From Octopus vulgaris (Eukaryota), in contig OX597814.1 of NCBI GenBank assembly GCA_951406725.2, positions 115,568,001 through 115,632,000 on the forward strand: a stretch of 64,000 nt of DNA, read 5' to 3'. Under the pieces are notes generated by a model that had not been told where the DNA came from, did no database searches, and saw only the letters and a program-made list of their open reading frames with translations. Positions within the stretch are counted from its first letter, which is position 1; each line of letters begins with the position of its first letter. Below are positions 22,911-35,414 of the stretch, piece by piece. Position numbers and translations under genes: made by a program.

Positions 22911-23389
22911 ATTAGAAATATTGAATCTCTAAATGTCTCAAAGAGACATGAGTGGTGGTGGAGCGATAGAGTGGTTACATACTGTCAACATAACATGACA
23001 GTCCCGTAAAGGAAATTACACCACCGCTATATAGCCCTAGGAAGCATCGACGCTTCCTGTCGGCTATGACACATTTCCTGTGTCTTTATATTTGCGAAGG
23101 GGAGGCAAGCACCCCCACCAGCTAGGACTAGCAACCTGAAGACATGCATGTTTCTGGGTCTTGCCTGTCATCAGTCCAGGATAGCAAGTCCTGCTAGTCG
23201 AGATACCTGCCAAGCCTTCGCAAATATATATATTTACAGTGAAATCTATTCACTGGTCACTGTAATTAGAAATATTGAATTTCTAAATGTCTCAAAGAGA
23301 CATGAGCGGTGCACTATTTAGCCCTAGGAAGCATCGACGCTTCCTGTCGGCTTTGACACATTTCCTGTGTCCTTATATTTGCAAAGGGG
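22911..23389 (-). mobile_element. tandem (354-bp period) copy of the same hammerhead monomer family, in an SBNO intron
   Basis: ATTAGAAATATTGAA..CTAAATGTCTCAAAGAGACATGAG recurs at 22911 and 23265; homologous to 8485-8835 but circularly permuted. Confidence 0.8.
23135..23180 (-). ncRNA. type I hammerhead ribozyme motif, sense to SBNO pre-mRNA
   Basis: CCTGGA-CTGATGA-CAGGCAAGACCCA-GAAA-CATGCATG-TC-TTCAGG; stem I extends further (GGACTTGC/GCTAGTCC); palindromic stem III; weakened stem II. Confidence 0.65.
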
Positions 23390-24268
23390 TGGGGGTGCGA
23401 CGAAAATTTTAGGAAAATAAATATAAGAAATAAATGGAAATTTTACCGGTGAGTGTGTTACATTATAAGGCACAAAAAGAAAATGACTCTCCCCAGACAC
23501 AACAGAAATTCAATAAAGTTACCTACCCATTTAAGTTTCTAAAAATTATGAACCTTTTTGATACCAAGTCATCAGACATCAACCTTAGTTCTATGATACA
23601 AGCTTTCTATTTAAATCCTTTAGCATTTAGACTGGCCATATCCAACCCAAATATGCTACCTGTTTCATGATCTAGTCTGCCAGAGTCAGCCTATCACACC
23701 TACCCTTCAATGCCATTATAAAATATACCATCACATTGTGAAAATTCTGAAGCTACAAAATAATGCAGGATTAATTAAAAACAATTTGAATAAAAAAAAA
23801 TTACATTTGACAGAATAATTTGAATGTCAAAGGGTTAAAGTGAACTAAATTTAAGCGTTCTATCAAAAGTTTTATGTTAATTATTTCTTTATTGCCCACA
23901 AGGGGCTAAACATAGAAGGGACAAACAAGGACAGACAAAGGGATTAAGTCGATTACATCGACCCCAGTGCTCAGCTGGTACTTAATTTATAGACCCTGAA
24001 AGGATGAAAGGCAAAGTCAACCTTGGCGGAATTTGAACGCACCAGACAAAATACGGCTAAGCATTTCGCAAGGCAAGTTCCAAAACACCAGCTTAATAAT
24101 GGCAGATATTTCTTGTATTTTTCATTGTTTTCCAAATAAATCGAAACAATGGCAGTGTATTGCAACATAAATATGGTAACAAAAGAGAAAAAAAATTCAA
24201 AATAAAGAATCTAGCAAGAATTAGTTCAATCCTACTAATTCAAGATGAACCAAAAAGATAAAACTCAC

Positions 24269-24363
24269 TGTATGCAACTCAGTTCTGGCTTTGTTCAAAT
24301 CAGTGTTACCAACAAATATTTTAGATTCCAGTTTTTTAACACTTTCTCCTCCAGAACCCAAAT
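24269..24363 (-). CDS. SBNO1: SBNO exon DLGSGGESVKKLESKIFVGNTDLNKARTELHT
   Basis: AG and GTGAGT boundaries, phase 1-0. Confidence 0.93.
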
Positions 24364-24796
24364 CTAAAGAAAAGAATAAGATTAAAAGACAATGGTTAGA
24401 AATGAATTCATTTCTTTCAAATCAAAACAAGGGACAGAAGGAAAAAGCAATCTAACCACAGGTGCAGGCATGGCTGTGTGGTCGAGAAGCTTACTTCACA
24501 ACCTTGTGCTTTTTGGTTCAATCTCAGTGTGCAACACCTTGAGCAGGTGTCATCTAGAGTAGTCTCAAGTTGACCAGTGCTTTGTGAAGGAGTTTATAGG
24601 CAGAAACCATTAAGAAGCCTTTCATGTGTGTGTGTGTGTGTGTGTGTGTGTCACCACAACTTGTCAGCTGATATTGGTTTGTTTATGTCCTTATAACCAC
24701 AGTCATGGAGTTGGAAACAATTAAGGGGTAACTGGAATCAGAGTAAGTAAAACTATATGGATTCTGACTCCGACTCACAATATATTTATTCTTTAA

Positions 24797-25161
24797 CTAG
24801 CACTATGACCCGGTAACACCGGGTCATAGTGCTAGTGCATGCATATACAGCAGCGTGCATGCGCTCATACACGCGAGTACTGTCCAAATCTCCGACCAAT
24901 CGCATACAGCTAGCTGGCATTCAATTGGTGTATCACGTTTCCGGCATTTTGATTGGGCTTTGAATAGAAAATTCACAAAAAAAGTCACTTCTATTGATTT
25001 TTTAATGGCTTTGCGAAGTGACTGGGGAAATGTAAAGATGTGCATGATCACCCTTGGATGGTTTTGAATGACCATAGAAAGTGCAAACCCTCTAACTGAA
25101 AAATTGTGGATTTGTATAAAGGATACACACACAGACATTTTGCCATTTATATATATAGAGA
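24797..25161 (-). mobile_element. non-autonomous Helitron
   Basis: Minus strand starts TCTCTATATATATAAATGGC and ends CTAG with a perfect terminal hairpin ACTAGCACTATGACCCGGT-AAC-ACCGGGTCATAGTGCTAGT; inserted between A and T. Confidence 0.75.
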
Positions 25162-25703
25162 TATAAACCAGTTATAACATATAGGCCTACTCAAAGTACA
25201 AGCGTATGCATAAGCTTTATGAGATATGGAGACCACAATCACTCAATTACATATAGAAGAGTCAGAGGTGCCAGAGTTTTTTGTTTCGACTCTCACAGCC
25301 CTGCCTGTAACTTAGCAGTTCAACAAGAGAGATCAACAGAATAAGTATCAGACTTAAGATAACTGCTGGGATTGATCTTATCAACTGGAATCTTTTCAAG
25401 GCAGTGCCCCAGCAGGGCCACACTCCAATGACTGCAAATAAAAGATATAAGTTCAAACTGATTGAACTTTTAATTCCCAGTTTCATACATTTAAGGTTTC
25501 TTAGATGTTGTCAGCCAGGAGAATGAACTGATGTAAATTGTATAGGAATGCGACAAGACAGCCATTTCAGGATTTGAAAAGCTGACTTTTGGTAACAAGC
25601 CAGTGGTGTTGTTAAGTCTTTTTACTACTAGGCAGAGGAGCAATAACGGGAAAAACAAAATCAACATTGTTTCTAGTGTGTTAAAGTTCTGTACAGTACT
25701 CAC

Positions 25704-25850
25704 CCACGATACCCATGTCCCAGCGTCCATTTCTCTTTGCATCCAAGATAATAGCTGTTAATGTCTCTGAGAAGTATTTAAATAGAGAATTCTGTTGTTC
25801 CACAGGCATTCCAAGGATTCTGTTTAAGAACTTACTGATGTTATTATATT
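25704..25850 (-). CDS. SBNO1: SBNO exon [27 protein letters not shown]...[12 protein letters not shown]
   Basis: AG/GT boundaries, conserved sequence. Confidence 0.96.
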
Positions 25851-25960
25851 CTGAAGAGAAAAGAAAAATCAGGGTTATTAATTAAAGGAAGTGAAATCTA
25901 ACAAAAAGGAGGCATTAAAAGAAGTCTCTGGAAACTTTTTAAAAGATAAAACAAGAGTAC

Positions 25961-26035
25961 CTTTTTCTAAGAGGGGAGTTCCAAGACGTTCATCTACAGC
26001 TATCATACCAACACCAATCAATGAATTCTTGATAT
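25961..26035 (-). CDS. SBNO1: SBNO exon DIKNSLIGVGMIAVDERLGTPLLEK
   Basis: AG/GT boundaries, phase 1-1; LIGVG conserved. Confidence 0.92.
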
Positions 26036-27203
26036 CTAAAATAATTGAAATAATAAGAAATTCAATTAAAGTATGGAAAAAATACACTTAAAAAAGTCAT
26101 TCAATGATTTCATTATTATTGTTGAAGGCAGCAAGCTGGAAAAATCGTTAGCATGTTGGACAAAATAATTAGTGGCATTTCATTTGTCTTTACATCCTGA
26201 GCTGAAATTCTGTTGAGGTCAACTTTGCCTTGCATTCTTTTGGGGTCAATAAATTTAGTAGCAGTCAAGCAGTGGGGTCAATGTAATCAACTAGTCCCCT
26301 CCCTCAAAATTTCAGGCATTGTGCCTATGGCAGAGAAGATTATTATTGTAGTTGTTAATATAAATTATGTAGCTAGCACCTTGAGGTAGACATTTTGCAA
26401 TAAAAATCCAAAGCTATTTAATATTATATGACATGGCTCGAGAAAAGCATGATCTCAATAATTTTTCACGGCCACACTACTTTAGTTCTTACATTTCATA
26501 ATGAAAAATAAACTAGTTACTAATTTAAATATCATATCCATCAGATGAGAATATTTAAGATGGTATTTCAACAGACGTATCATTAAGTCATCATCATCAT
26601 TGTCGTTTAATGTCCACTTTCCATGCTGGCATGGGTTGGATGATTTGACTGAGGGCTAGCAAGCCAGAAGGCTGTACCAGGCTCTAATCTGGTCTGGCAG
26701 ATTCTTATAAAAACAATTTGATTAGAAAATTCCAGACGTTTTAAAAAATAAAATGCACTCATCAAAGGGTCATTTTGGGCCTAACTAATTCAGAAGAGTT
26801 CCTTTCAAAATTACTTTTTTCATCTTTTAGTCAGGAATGAAGACAGTATCCCATGACCCTTTACAATGGCCAAAGATTGTAGGAGAGAGGATTAAAGGTA
26901 TTATCAAATCAGATGCCTGACCCAAATGCTTGCAACAGAGTGAACTCAACTTAAGAGTCCAAAGGATCAGGTGGTTGTGTTAAACCAGGCAACATATTCA
27001 GTAATCCATTCAATCACAGTAAGGTTTCAATTTCTCTTTTGTCACCAGATTTCAGAATACCAAAAGCACATATTCTGCTGAGCCAGATATGTTGCAAGAT
27101 CCACAGACAAAAGTGGACCTATGCAGCTGCTAAGTGGAATCCAAGAGATTGGAAAAGCCCACTTGGAAGTGATGATCCTTCACAATGATGGGGAGACAAT
27201 TTA

Positions 27204-28116
27204 CTGGGTCATCCCATTAATAATGCGGTTTTTTCAATTGCATGAACTAAAAGTCAGAGGGGGACAAGATAAACTACCTGCATCAACTTTCTATAAAAGC
27301 AGGTAATAATTTTACCTTGTCTTTATTCTTAGTGCAAGTTTTGAAGAGTGCAGTTTGATTTTAACATTTATTTCTTTAAAGCTATAATGGAAGTGACAAA
27401 GGAGCATATTCGGCATATTTTGTTTTATGAGTTCAATAAAGGCAACAATGCAATGGAAAGTGCGAGGAATATTAATGCAGTATATGGGGATCGGACAATA
27501 AGTGTAAGCCAGTGTCAAAAGTGGTTCCAGAAATTCTGAGCCAGAAACTACAGCCTAGAAGGCAAGCCTCGTCCTGGAAGATCTGTAAAACTTGATGAGG
27601 ACATCCTGTAACAAAATCCTATCATGACTGTTGAGGAACTACAAGAGAAGCTTGGATTTGGTCATTCAACCATTCATCGACACCTGTATGCCATTGGAAA
27701 ACAACCATCTTTGGTTTCAAGATGAAAGGTGTTTTTCCATCAGGATAATACTCGGCCACATACAATGAGGATGACATTCTAAAGGCTGGAGCAATTTGAA
27801 TGGAAAATGATGCCCCACACCATATTCGCCAGACATTGCCTCATCTGATTATCATTTATTCTACAGTCTTCAAAATCATTTGGATGGGAAAAATGTGAAT
27901 TCTGTAGACGAGGTTAGAACAGTACTGGAGGAATATTTTTTGTCACAGACAAGTGAATTTTGGAAGAGGGGCTTTGCAAGTCTTCCAGACAGATGGCAGA
28001 GCATTGTAGAAAATGAAGGAGAGTATATTTTAGATTAAAAAAAAAAAAACTTTGTTTATCTTAATTTTGAAAAATAAAAGTATGAAACAAATCGCATTAT
28101 TTATGGGATGACCCAA
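27204..28116 (+). mobile_element. internally deleted mariner element
   Basis: TIRs CTGGGTCATCCCATTAATAATGCG / CGCATTATTTATGGGATGACCCAA with TA flanks; transposase N-terminus MEVTKEHIRHILFYEFNKG... with stops, and a PHTPYSPDIASSDYHLF remnant. Confidence 0.9.
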
Positions 28117-28786
28117 TAGTTAAACAATATTAGTTAAGATGGAAAAGAAGAACACAATCAAGAAAGAAATGGAAATGCATTGTGACCTCCAATAGCCAGG
28201 TGAATACAGATGATTTCAATTGAAATATAGGCTTTATTTTAATTTATTTTTGAAACAATGAAAAATTTAATAAGATAACTTTTGATTTTATTAAGTTGAT
28301 GTTTGAAACAAATTAATATTTCAATTTTATTTGAAGGTTTTATTGTAAAACTTCACTGCAAAACAGTCATGCTCTTGGGAGGCTTGGTATCAAAAGGATT
28401 AAATCAGTAAAACACTCAAACAAGCAGTGTCCTTGATGCCGCAAGTGTTGTACTGTACTATTTCATGGTGCCTATTTATAATGATATGGCCTGAGCCAGC
28501 AAACTCTATGCAGCTTGGTTACAGATACAGAACAAAAACAATGATAGGATTGTTCTCTCTCTTATCACTGCTTGGATCCTTCAGTCACCAGTTTGATATG
28601 TGGTGAATTCAACCAGCTTCATCTCCATGGGGGATAATTTGGGAGGTTTTTTTAAGATAGAAAAGCCATTATCCAGACAAAATGAATAAGAATTATTCGA
28701 GAAATTCATAGTTGTTGATTTTTTTTTCTCATAGCTCAAAATTAAAAGGAATTGGCAAAAAAAAAAAAATGCATTATATAATTTAC

Positions 28787-28886
28787 CTTCAAAGAAATCT
28801 CCAGAATATTCTGATGGTGTTGCAACAAGTGGAGCTTCGTATCTCAGTACGGATTTCATCACTGCTTCCAAAGCAGTTCTGCCATA
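28787..28886 (-). CDS. SBNO1: SBNO exon [33 protein letters not shown]
   Basis: AG/GT boundaries, conserved sequence. Confidence 0.95.
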
Positions 28887-29601
28887 CTAAAAAGGAAATG
28901 TAAAAACAACTTCGGTCAACAAGAAAATCAACAAGCTCTCTTACTACATACGAGGGAATGTACATGGCTTAGTCGTTAGTAGTATTCAGTTCAAAATTGT
29001 AAATTCCCGAGTTCAATTCCCTACAGCGCATTATGTCCTTGAGCAAGACATTACTTCATGTTGCTCCAGTCCACTCTGCGGGCTAAAATGAGTTGTACCT
29101 GTATTTTTTTTTTGTTGTTGTCTTGCAAGTACTTGGTGACCCTGTCAGTGCAGCTGCCACTTAAAAGCACCCAGTCCACCGTGAAAACAATTTCATAAAA
29201 ATTGCAAGTTTAATACTGTATACTTGTACATGAAGTTGTAAATGTAAAAACTGGGTCATCTTCAACAGAATTTCTTAGTTTGTCATACATATATATTTTA
29301 GCTAACATTTTAATTGCCAGCATCAGTACTCGGTACACATTTAAGATATGGTACAGTAGGGTAGGGAATTAAGATATTTTAAATGCGGAAGGAGAAGTAG
29401 CTAAAGGGGGTCGATGGTAGAAAAAGTTTGGTGACCCCTGGTTTAGACTATGCTAGTAAGGAAAACTGAACATAGAACAGAAAGAAATGATATACATATG
29501 CGCACGCACACACACACACAGCCATGCATATAAGACACACACTTGTGCACACACATACACACATGAGAGAGAGAAAAGAATGTGAAAAATAGAAAACTTA
29601 C

Positions 29602-29673
29602 TTTGTTATCAAAGTTGAAACGACTTAAATCTCTCGTTTCTGTTGCTCGCCGGTCACCATGTGTCAAGGCGCC
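29602..29673 (-). CDS. SBNO1: SBNO exon [24 protein letters not shown]
   Basis: AG/GT boundaries, conserved sequence. Confidence 0.96.
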
Positions 29674-30440
29674 CTAGAAAAATAAATTGTTTATTTTTTC
29701 TTAAGTAAAAAAAAAAAACCATTTAAAAAAGCCTTTAACCCTTTCGTTGCTGTATTCATTTTGAGATGCTCTGTATTCCTTTCAATTACTTTAAATATAT
29801 CAAAGAATTTAGTAAAATAATTTGGTTATCATTAAGCTAGTGTTAGGAACCATAAATTGTGAGTAAGGTTTGGAAGATTTTAATTGATAATTTATGAAAA
29901 CAAAGACATTTGTACTCAGAGCTAGGGGCAGTTTCAGCTGGGTTGGTAACGAAAGGGTTAAGACAGTCAAGATCATTTCCATATGTCAGTGAAAAATTGT
30001 GAGTATATGTGCATGTTTGCTTAAAACAAAACACAGCTATTTTAAGATTATGATCATGGGACCAAAAGAAAATCACATTATCTCTATGGTCATCAGTTAT
30101 ACTTTGATAATACATATTCTTATTTTCAGAATTAAATATCCCAAACTCAAAGATGAAATATGTTGAACAAGCTTATATACAATGGTGCTCCTTTCAAACC
30201 ACTAATGTGTAGACCAATCAGATTGCTAACACAGGATCTTTAGACATGTCTTTGTATCCCTAGACATCACACACACACAAACAACAACAATGGTTTCAAA
30301 TTTTAGCACAAGGCCAGCAATTTTGGGAGTGGTGGGTAAGTCAAATCCATCAACTCCAAAAAGGATGAAAGGCAAAGTCAACCTTGGCCAAATTTGAAGT
30401 CAGAATGTAAGACAACAAAAATAAATGGAATATTACTTAC

Positions 30441-30553
30441 TAGACTTTCAAGTCTTTTGGCAACTGTAGAAGCAAATCTCCGTTCTCCTGCTAGCTCTGA
30501 TATGAGGAATATGTATTCGGGAGCGCTAACTTGATTTGATCGATGTGTCCGAC
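30441..30553 (-). CDS. SBNO1: SBNO exon [37 protein letters not shown]
   Basis: AG/GT boundaries, conserved sequence. Confidence 0.97.
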
Positions 30554-31536
30554 CTGTAAGGACAAAAGTCAGAGGACAAATGAAAAGGACGTCACATATA
30601 AATACACATGCATACATCCCAGTCATAAGCAATAGAAGCAGTATTAAATTAAAATAGCCATTTATATATCATACTTAATTTAAATACTTCACTGGAAGGC
30701 AAATTTACAACAGCTGTTGTCAATGGCCTGAGCTCATGCAGTGAGTACATGCCACCGACAAGGTCCAAGAAAGCCGAAATGCATCTGGAGCTTTTGCTGG
30801 CTGTTGGTGGAATGATTTTCATCTCCCTCTGATATATAATGTATTTTTTAAACAAAGTACATCCATAAGAGATGTATTCTCTGAACGAATACAGCAGTAA
30901 ATTTGCCTTTCACTCATGTATCTACATTAAATATGATACACAGATGGCAGTGTGTGTGTGTGTGTGTGTATCCAGGGATGGACTCACACACAAACACACC
31001 ATCATCGTCATCATTAAACATTCGTTTTCCAAGCTGGCATAAATCGGCTGATTTGACCAGGGCCAGCAAGCTGGAGAGCTGAGCAAGGTTCCAGTCTGCT
31101 TCAGCTTCATTTCTACTGCTGGGTGCCCTTCCTAATGCCAACAATTTTAGAGTATGCTGAGTGCTTTTTATGTTGCACCAGCACTTTTAACATAACCCAG
31201 CATGGGTGCTTTTTACATGGCGTCAGCAAAGGCACATTTTACGCAGCACTACATACAATTTATAATTTCCTAAAGAGGAATCATTAAATTTTTAAATAAT
31301 TGACTAAGTTACTATTAATTTCTTACATGAGCACAAAACCATAAATCTGTAGAAAGGAGAGCACAAAGGCTGAATCCATCCCCAGTGTAAGACAGATACT
31401 TATTTCAGGAACTTTGTAGAAATGAAAGGCAAAATCAATTCTGGAAGAATTTCAACTCAGAATAGAGAAAGATGAAACTAAATACTCAAAGAACTGAGAT
31501 TTTCTATCATTTCTGGCATTTGTCTTAATTGTTTAA

Positions 31537-31764
31537 TTAACCCTTTAGCATTCAGATTCTTCTGTCAAATGTAAAGCTTATATATTCACACTATGTAAAA
31601 TTAATCTTGCATCATTTCATGACTTTGAGATTTCAATGATATGATTGTTTATTTTTAAAATGACACAATAAGGTAGCTATGAATGACAATATCTGACTAG
31701 TTTGAACATAAAATAGGTAGAATATTTTGGCCGGATATGGCCGGTTTAAACACTAAAGGGTTAA
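31537..31764. mobile_element. piggyBac-like MITE family (TTAA-CCCTTTAG...CTAAAGGG-TTAA), representative copy
   Basis: TTAA flanks and short TIRs; related copies at ~177-395, 10763-11414, 23610-23838, 32908-33125, 44240-44435 and 63064-63290. Confidence 0.75.
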
Positions 31765-33260
31765 TACTAATATTACCTAACAGGGTGTGAATCTGAAATT
31801 TACTAGTTAACCACATGGTTTTGAGCTTCATGTCATTGTGAGGCAGCTCCAGCAAGGGCCTTCCAATCTAACCTCAAGCTGACCAATGTTTTCTGAATGA
31901 AACTCTCTTCACATGACAAAGTTTGAATGATGGTGATGACAGGTTCACATCTTTTATAAGCAAAACATCTTAGCATTTGGCTGCTTCAATATGTGAAGAC
32001 CCAGTAAGTAAAATAAAAAAATACCTTGCATGAAAAGCAGGTGTGGGCTAGTGACAGAAAGGGTATCTGGCCATCATAGAACATTGATTTAAAATAAGCC
32101 TTTCTGACCCATGTCAATATGGAAAAGACTGGCAGAGAGAGATAGATAGGCAGACAGAAAGAGATATTTGTAGACTTGAAATCAGTGTAAAGGCAGATCA
32201 ATCAATTTTTACTTTCAAAAGTTGTTATAACTATTTTACATTGTAGTCTGGTAGAAATTGGGCTTTTAAGAAACACAACCAACTGAAATTTTCAACGTCT
32301 CAGAGTACAGCATCACATACAACTAGATTCTTGTTCAATTTTTACCTACTGACCTCCATCCTCTCACTCTCCTATTTGATCAACATGCATAACAAAGGAT
32401 GGCTTTTGATTTGTTTGTATTCAATTTCTTCCCAATCATACGTTATCATTCTACTTCTCTTCCTTCATCACCCTGATGTCAGTTTATACATCCTCCTATT
32501 AAGAGACCAGTGTAACGAGGAACGGTAGAAAATTTACTGTTACCCTTCTCTACCCCAAAGTGACACTTCATTGATGTCTGCCACTAGCTCTTATCATCAC
32601 CCATCATCATTGGTGTCATTTAAGGCCCACTTTTCCATGCTTGAATGGGTCAGACAGCATTCAATGAAGTAGATTTTCCATGACCAGATGCCCTTCCTGT
32701 CAACAACCCTCACCTGTTTCCAACCAAAGTAATATTTTCCCATGGCTAGACATGTTCTATGAGGAAGACTGAAAACAAAAACCAACCCCACTTGAATGAC
32801 AGTGATGCTCATTTACAACCATCACATGATGTCTATACAAGTTTTACACACACACACACTCATCACTACCATCATCAAACATCCATTGTCCATGCTAGTG
32901 GATAGTTTAACCCTTTAGTGTTCAGATTACTCTTCAGATGCAAAGCTTATTTATTCACATTGTTTTCAATTAATCAAATATTATCTAATAGCTTTGAGAT
33001 TTCAATGATGAGATTATTTTTAGAATGAGACAGAAGGGTAGGTGGGAGAGGCTGGATCTGGCCAGTTTGAACACAAAACAGTTAAAATATTTGGTTCAGA
33101 TATGGCCAGTTTAAATACTAAAGGAATAAGCAGAGCTGGCAAGCTGCACCAGACGCCAGTCTGATTTGGCATGGTTTCTACAGCTTGATGCCCTTCCTAA
33201 TGCCAACTACTCAGAGCTTGAGTGATTTAACATGGCACCACATGGGTACATATATATATA

Positions 33261-33518
33261 TATATATGAAAGAAGGTTTGAAAATGCAATTTTAAAAGAT
33301 GTTTATTCACTTGACCGGTTTACAAGTAAACTGTTTTTAACATTTTCTCATTATTATCAAAGAATGTATATATGTATTGTAATATTTTGTGACAATCAGT
33401 ACTTAACACAACAAAGCTTTTACATGTTACTTTTGACAATCTTTTTCTAAAAAAGTGAAACCGGTCAAGTGAATAAACATCTTTTAAAATTGCATTTTCA
33501 AACCTTCTTTCATATATA
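33261..33518. repeat. perfect ~61-bp inverted repeat (Penelope pLTR-like)
   Basis: 33261-33321 is the reverse complement of 33458-33518; flanked by (TA)n. Confidence 0.8.
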
Positions 33519-33553
33519 ATTCCACTCGTGCGATACCAAACAACTTCACATTG

Positions 33554-33604
<51 letters not shown>

Positions 33605-33678
33605 CACACACACACACCAGGCTTCTTTCAGTTCCCATCTACCAAAGCCATACAGTTGCACTTAACCACAAAACTTAC

Positions 33679-33814
33679 CAAACTGCTGTATAGCTCTATC
33701 TGCACTCCAAGGTAATTCCAATGTTATATGAACTCTTCTCTTTTGATTCCGAGCTCTTCGATCGGCTTGAAGGGAAATTCCTGAACTGGCAGCTTCAGAT
33801 ATGATAGCAATGTT
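33679..33814 (-). CDS. SBNO1: SBNO exon [20 protein letters not shown]...[15 protein letters not shown]
   Basis: AG/GT boundaries, helicase C-terminal motifs. Confidence 0.97.
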
Positions 33815-35282
33815 CTGAATAAATAAAAGAAACAATATCACTATCATACAAGCACTGCTTTTGAGAAATGGATAATTAGGAATCCTTATTCTACTACAGA
33901 ATAATAATTTTATCAAGATATCAAATTTCATCCAGTACAGTTACTTGGTTGAAAGTTCTAAAACTGTCCCCAGTCAATAGAAGAATGAGAAAATAAACAT
34001 ATCACTTATATAGACATTGAGGCGATGTGATATATTGGACTGAGGATCACAAGACTGTGGTTTCGGTTCCTAGACTGGGTGACACATTATGTTCTTGAGC
34101 AAAACACTTCATCTCAAGTTATTCCAGTTTACTCAACTGGCAAAATCAATAATCCTGCAATGGACCGGCATCACTCCAAGAAGATATGCACCACAAAAAC
34201 CAGCTCTATGAAACCATGCAATCATGAGCATAACACTCTAACCGCTAGGCCAAGTGTCCTCACGTAATACACTAATAATATCAAGGGTTCAAAATTTGGC
34301 ACAAGAAGGGTAATTTTGGGAGAGAGGGTAAGTTGATTACATCAACCTCAATGCTCAACTGGTACTTATTTTATCAACCCCCAAAACGATGACAAGCAAA
34401 GCCAACCTTGGTGGAATTTGAACTCAGATCAAAAAGATGGACAAAATGCTGCCTGGAATGCTAATGATTCTGCCAGGTCACCACCTCAATAATTCTACTA
34501 TAGGCACAAGGCCTGAAATTGTGTGTGTGTTGGGGTGGGGGGGCTAGTTGATTACATTGACCCAGTATATAGCTGGTACTTATTTTATCGACCCTGAAAG
34601 GATGAAAGGCATAGTCGACCTCGGCGGAACTATGACTGTAAGGACAGACGAAATGCTGTTAAGCATTTTGCCAGGCGTGCTAACAATTCTGCCAGCTCGT
34701 CGCATGAAAAATGAATTATTTCATTTTGCCACAAGGGCAGCTTGTGGGGAGATGGAGATGACTCAATTACATCTTTCCCAGTGCCCAACTGGTTCTTATT
34801 TTATTGACCCTGAAAGTATGAAAGGCAAAGTCAATCTCGGTGGAATTTGAACTCAGAATGTAGTAACAGTGAAATATCACTAAGCATTTTGCCTGGCATG
34901 CTAACGATTCTGCCAGCTTGCCACCTTAATAATAATCATTTCTATTCTAGGAACAAGGCCTGAAATTTTGGGGGAGGAGTGTCAGTTGATTAGTTTGACC
35001 CCAGTATGCAATTGGTACTTAAGGCAAAGTTGACCTTGGTGGAATTTGAACTCAGAACGTAGCGAAAGACGAAATACCACTAAGCATTTCGCCTGGCAGG
35101 CTAACAATTCTGCTAGCTCACCGCCATAATAATAATAAAATTAGTAAGACATTAAAAAGGATACATAGAAAATGGCAATGGTGCTTGATTTTGGGAACAG
35201 AGCAAAAGGAGTTTGGTTATTTTTTTTCTTGCTTATGAAAGTAAAATAGTATCAGAGGTATGTTAAGTAATGTCAATCATAC

Positions 35283-35414
35283 CTTTTCACCATCCATGAA
35301 GCGTTGTTTTTCTGTGAGATTTAAAATTTCAAGTGGAACATCCAGTTCACTTCTTGATTCATAACACACAGCACCATCTTCATTAGTCACGACTCTCCCT
35401 TTCCGACCTGTCAT
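35283..35414 (-). CDS. SBNO1: SBNO exon [14 protein letters not shown]...[10 protein letters not shown]
   Basis: AG/GT boundaries, conserved sequence. Confidence 0.97.
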
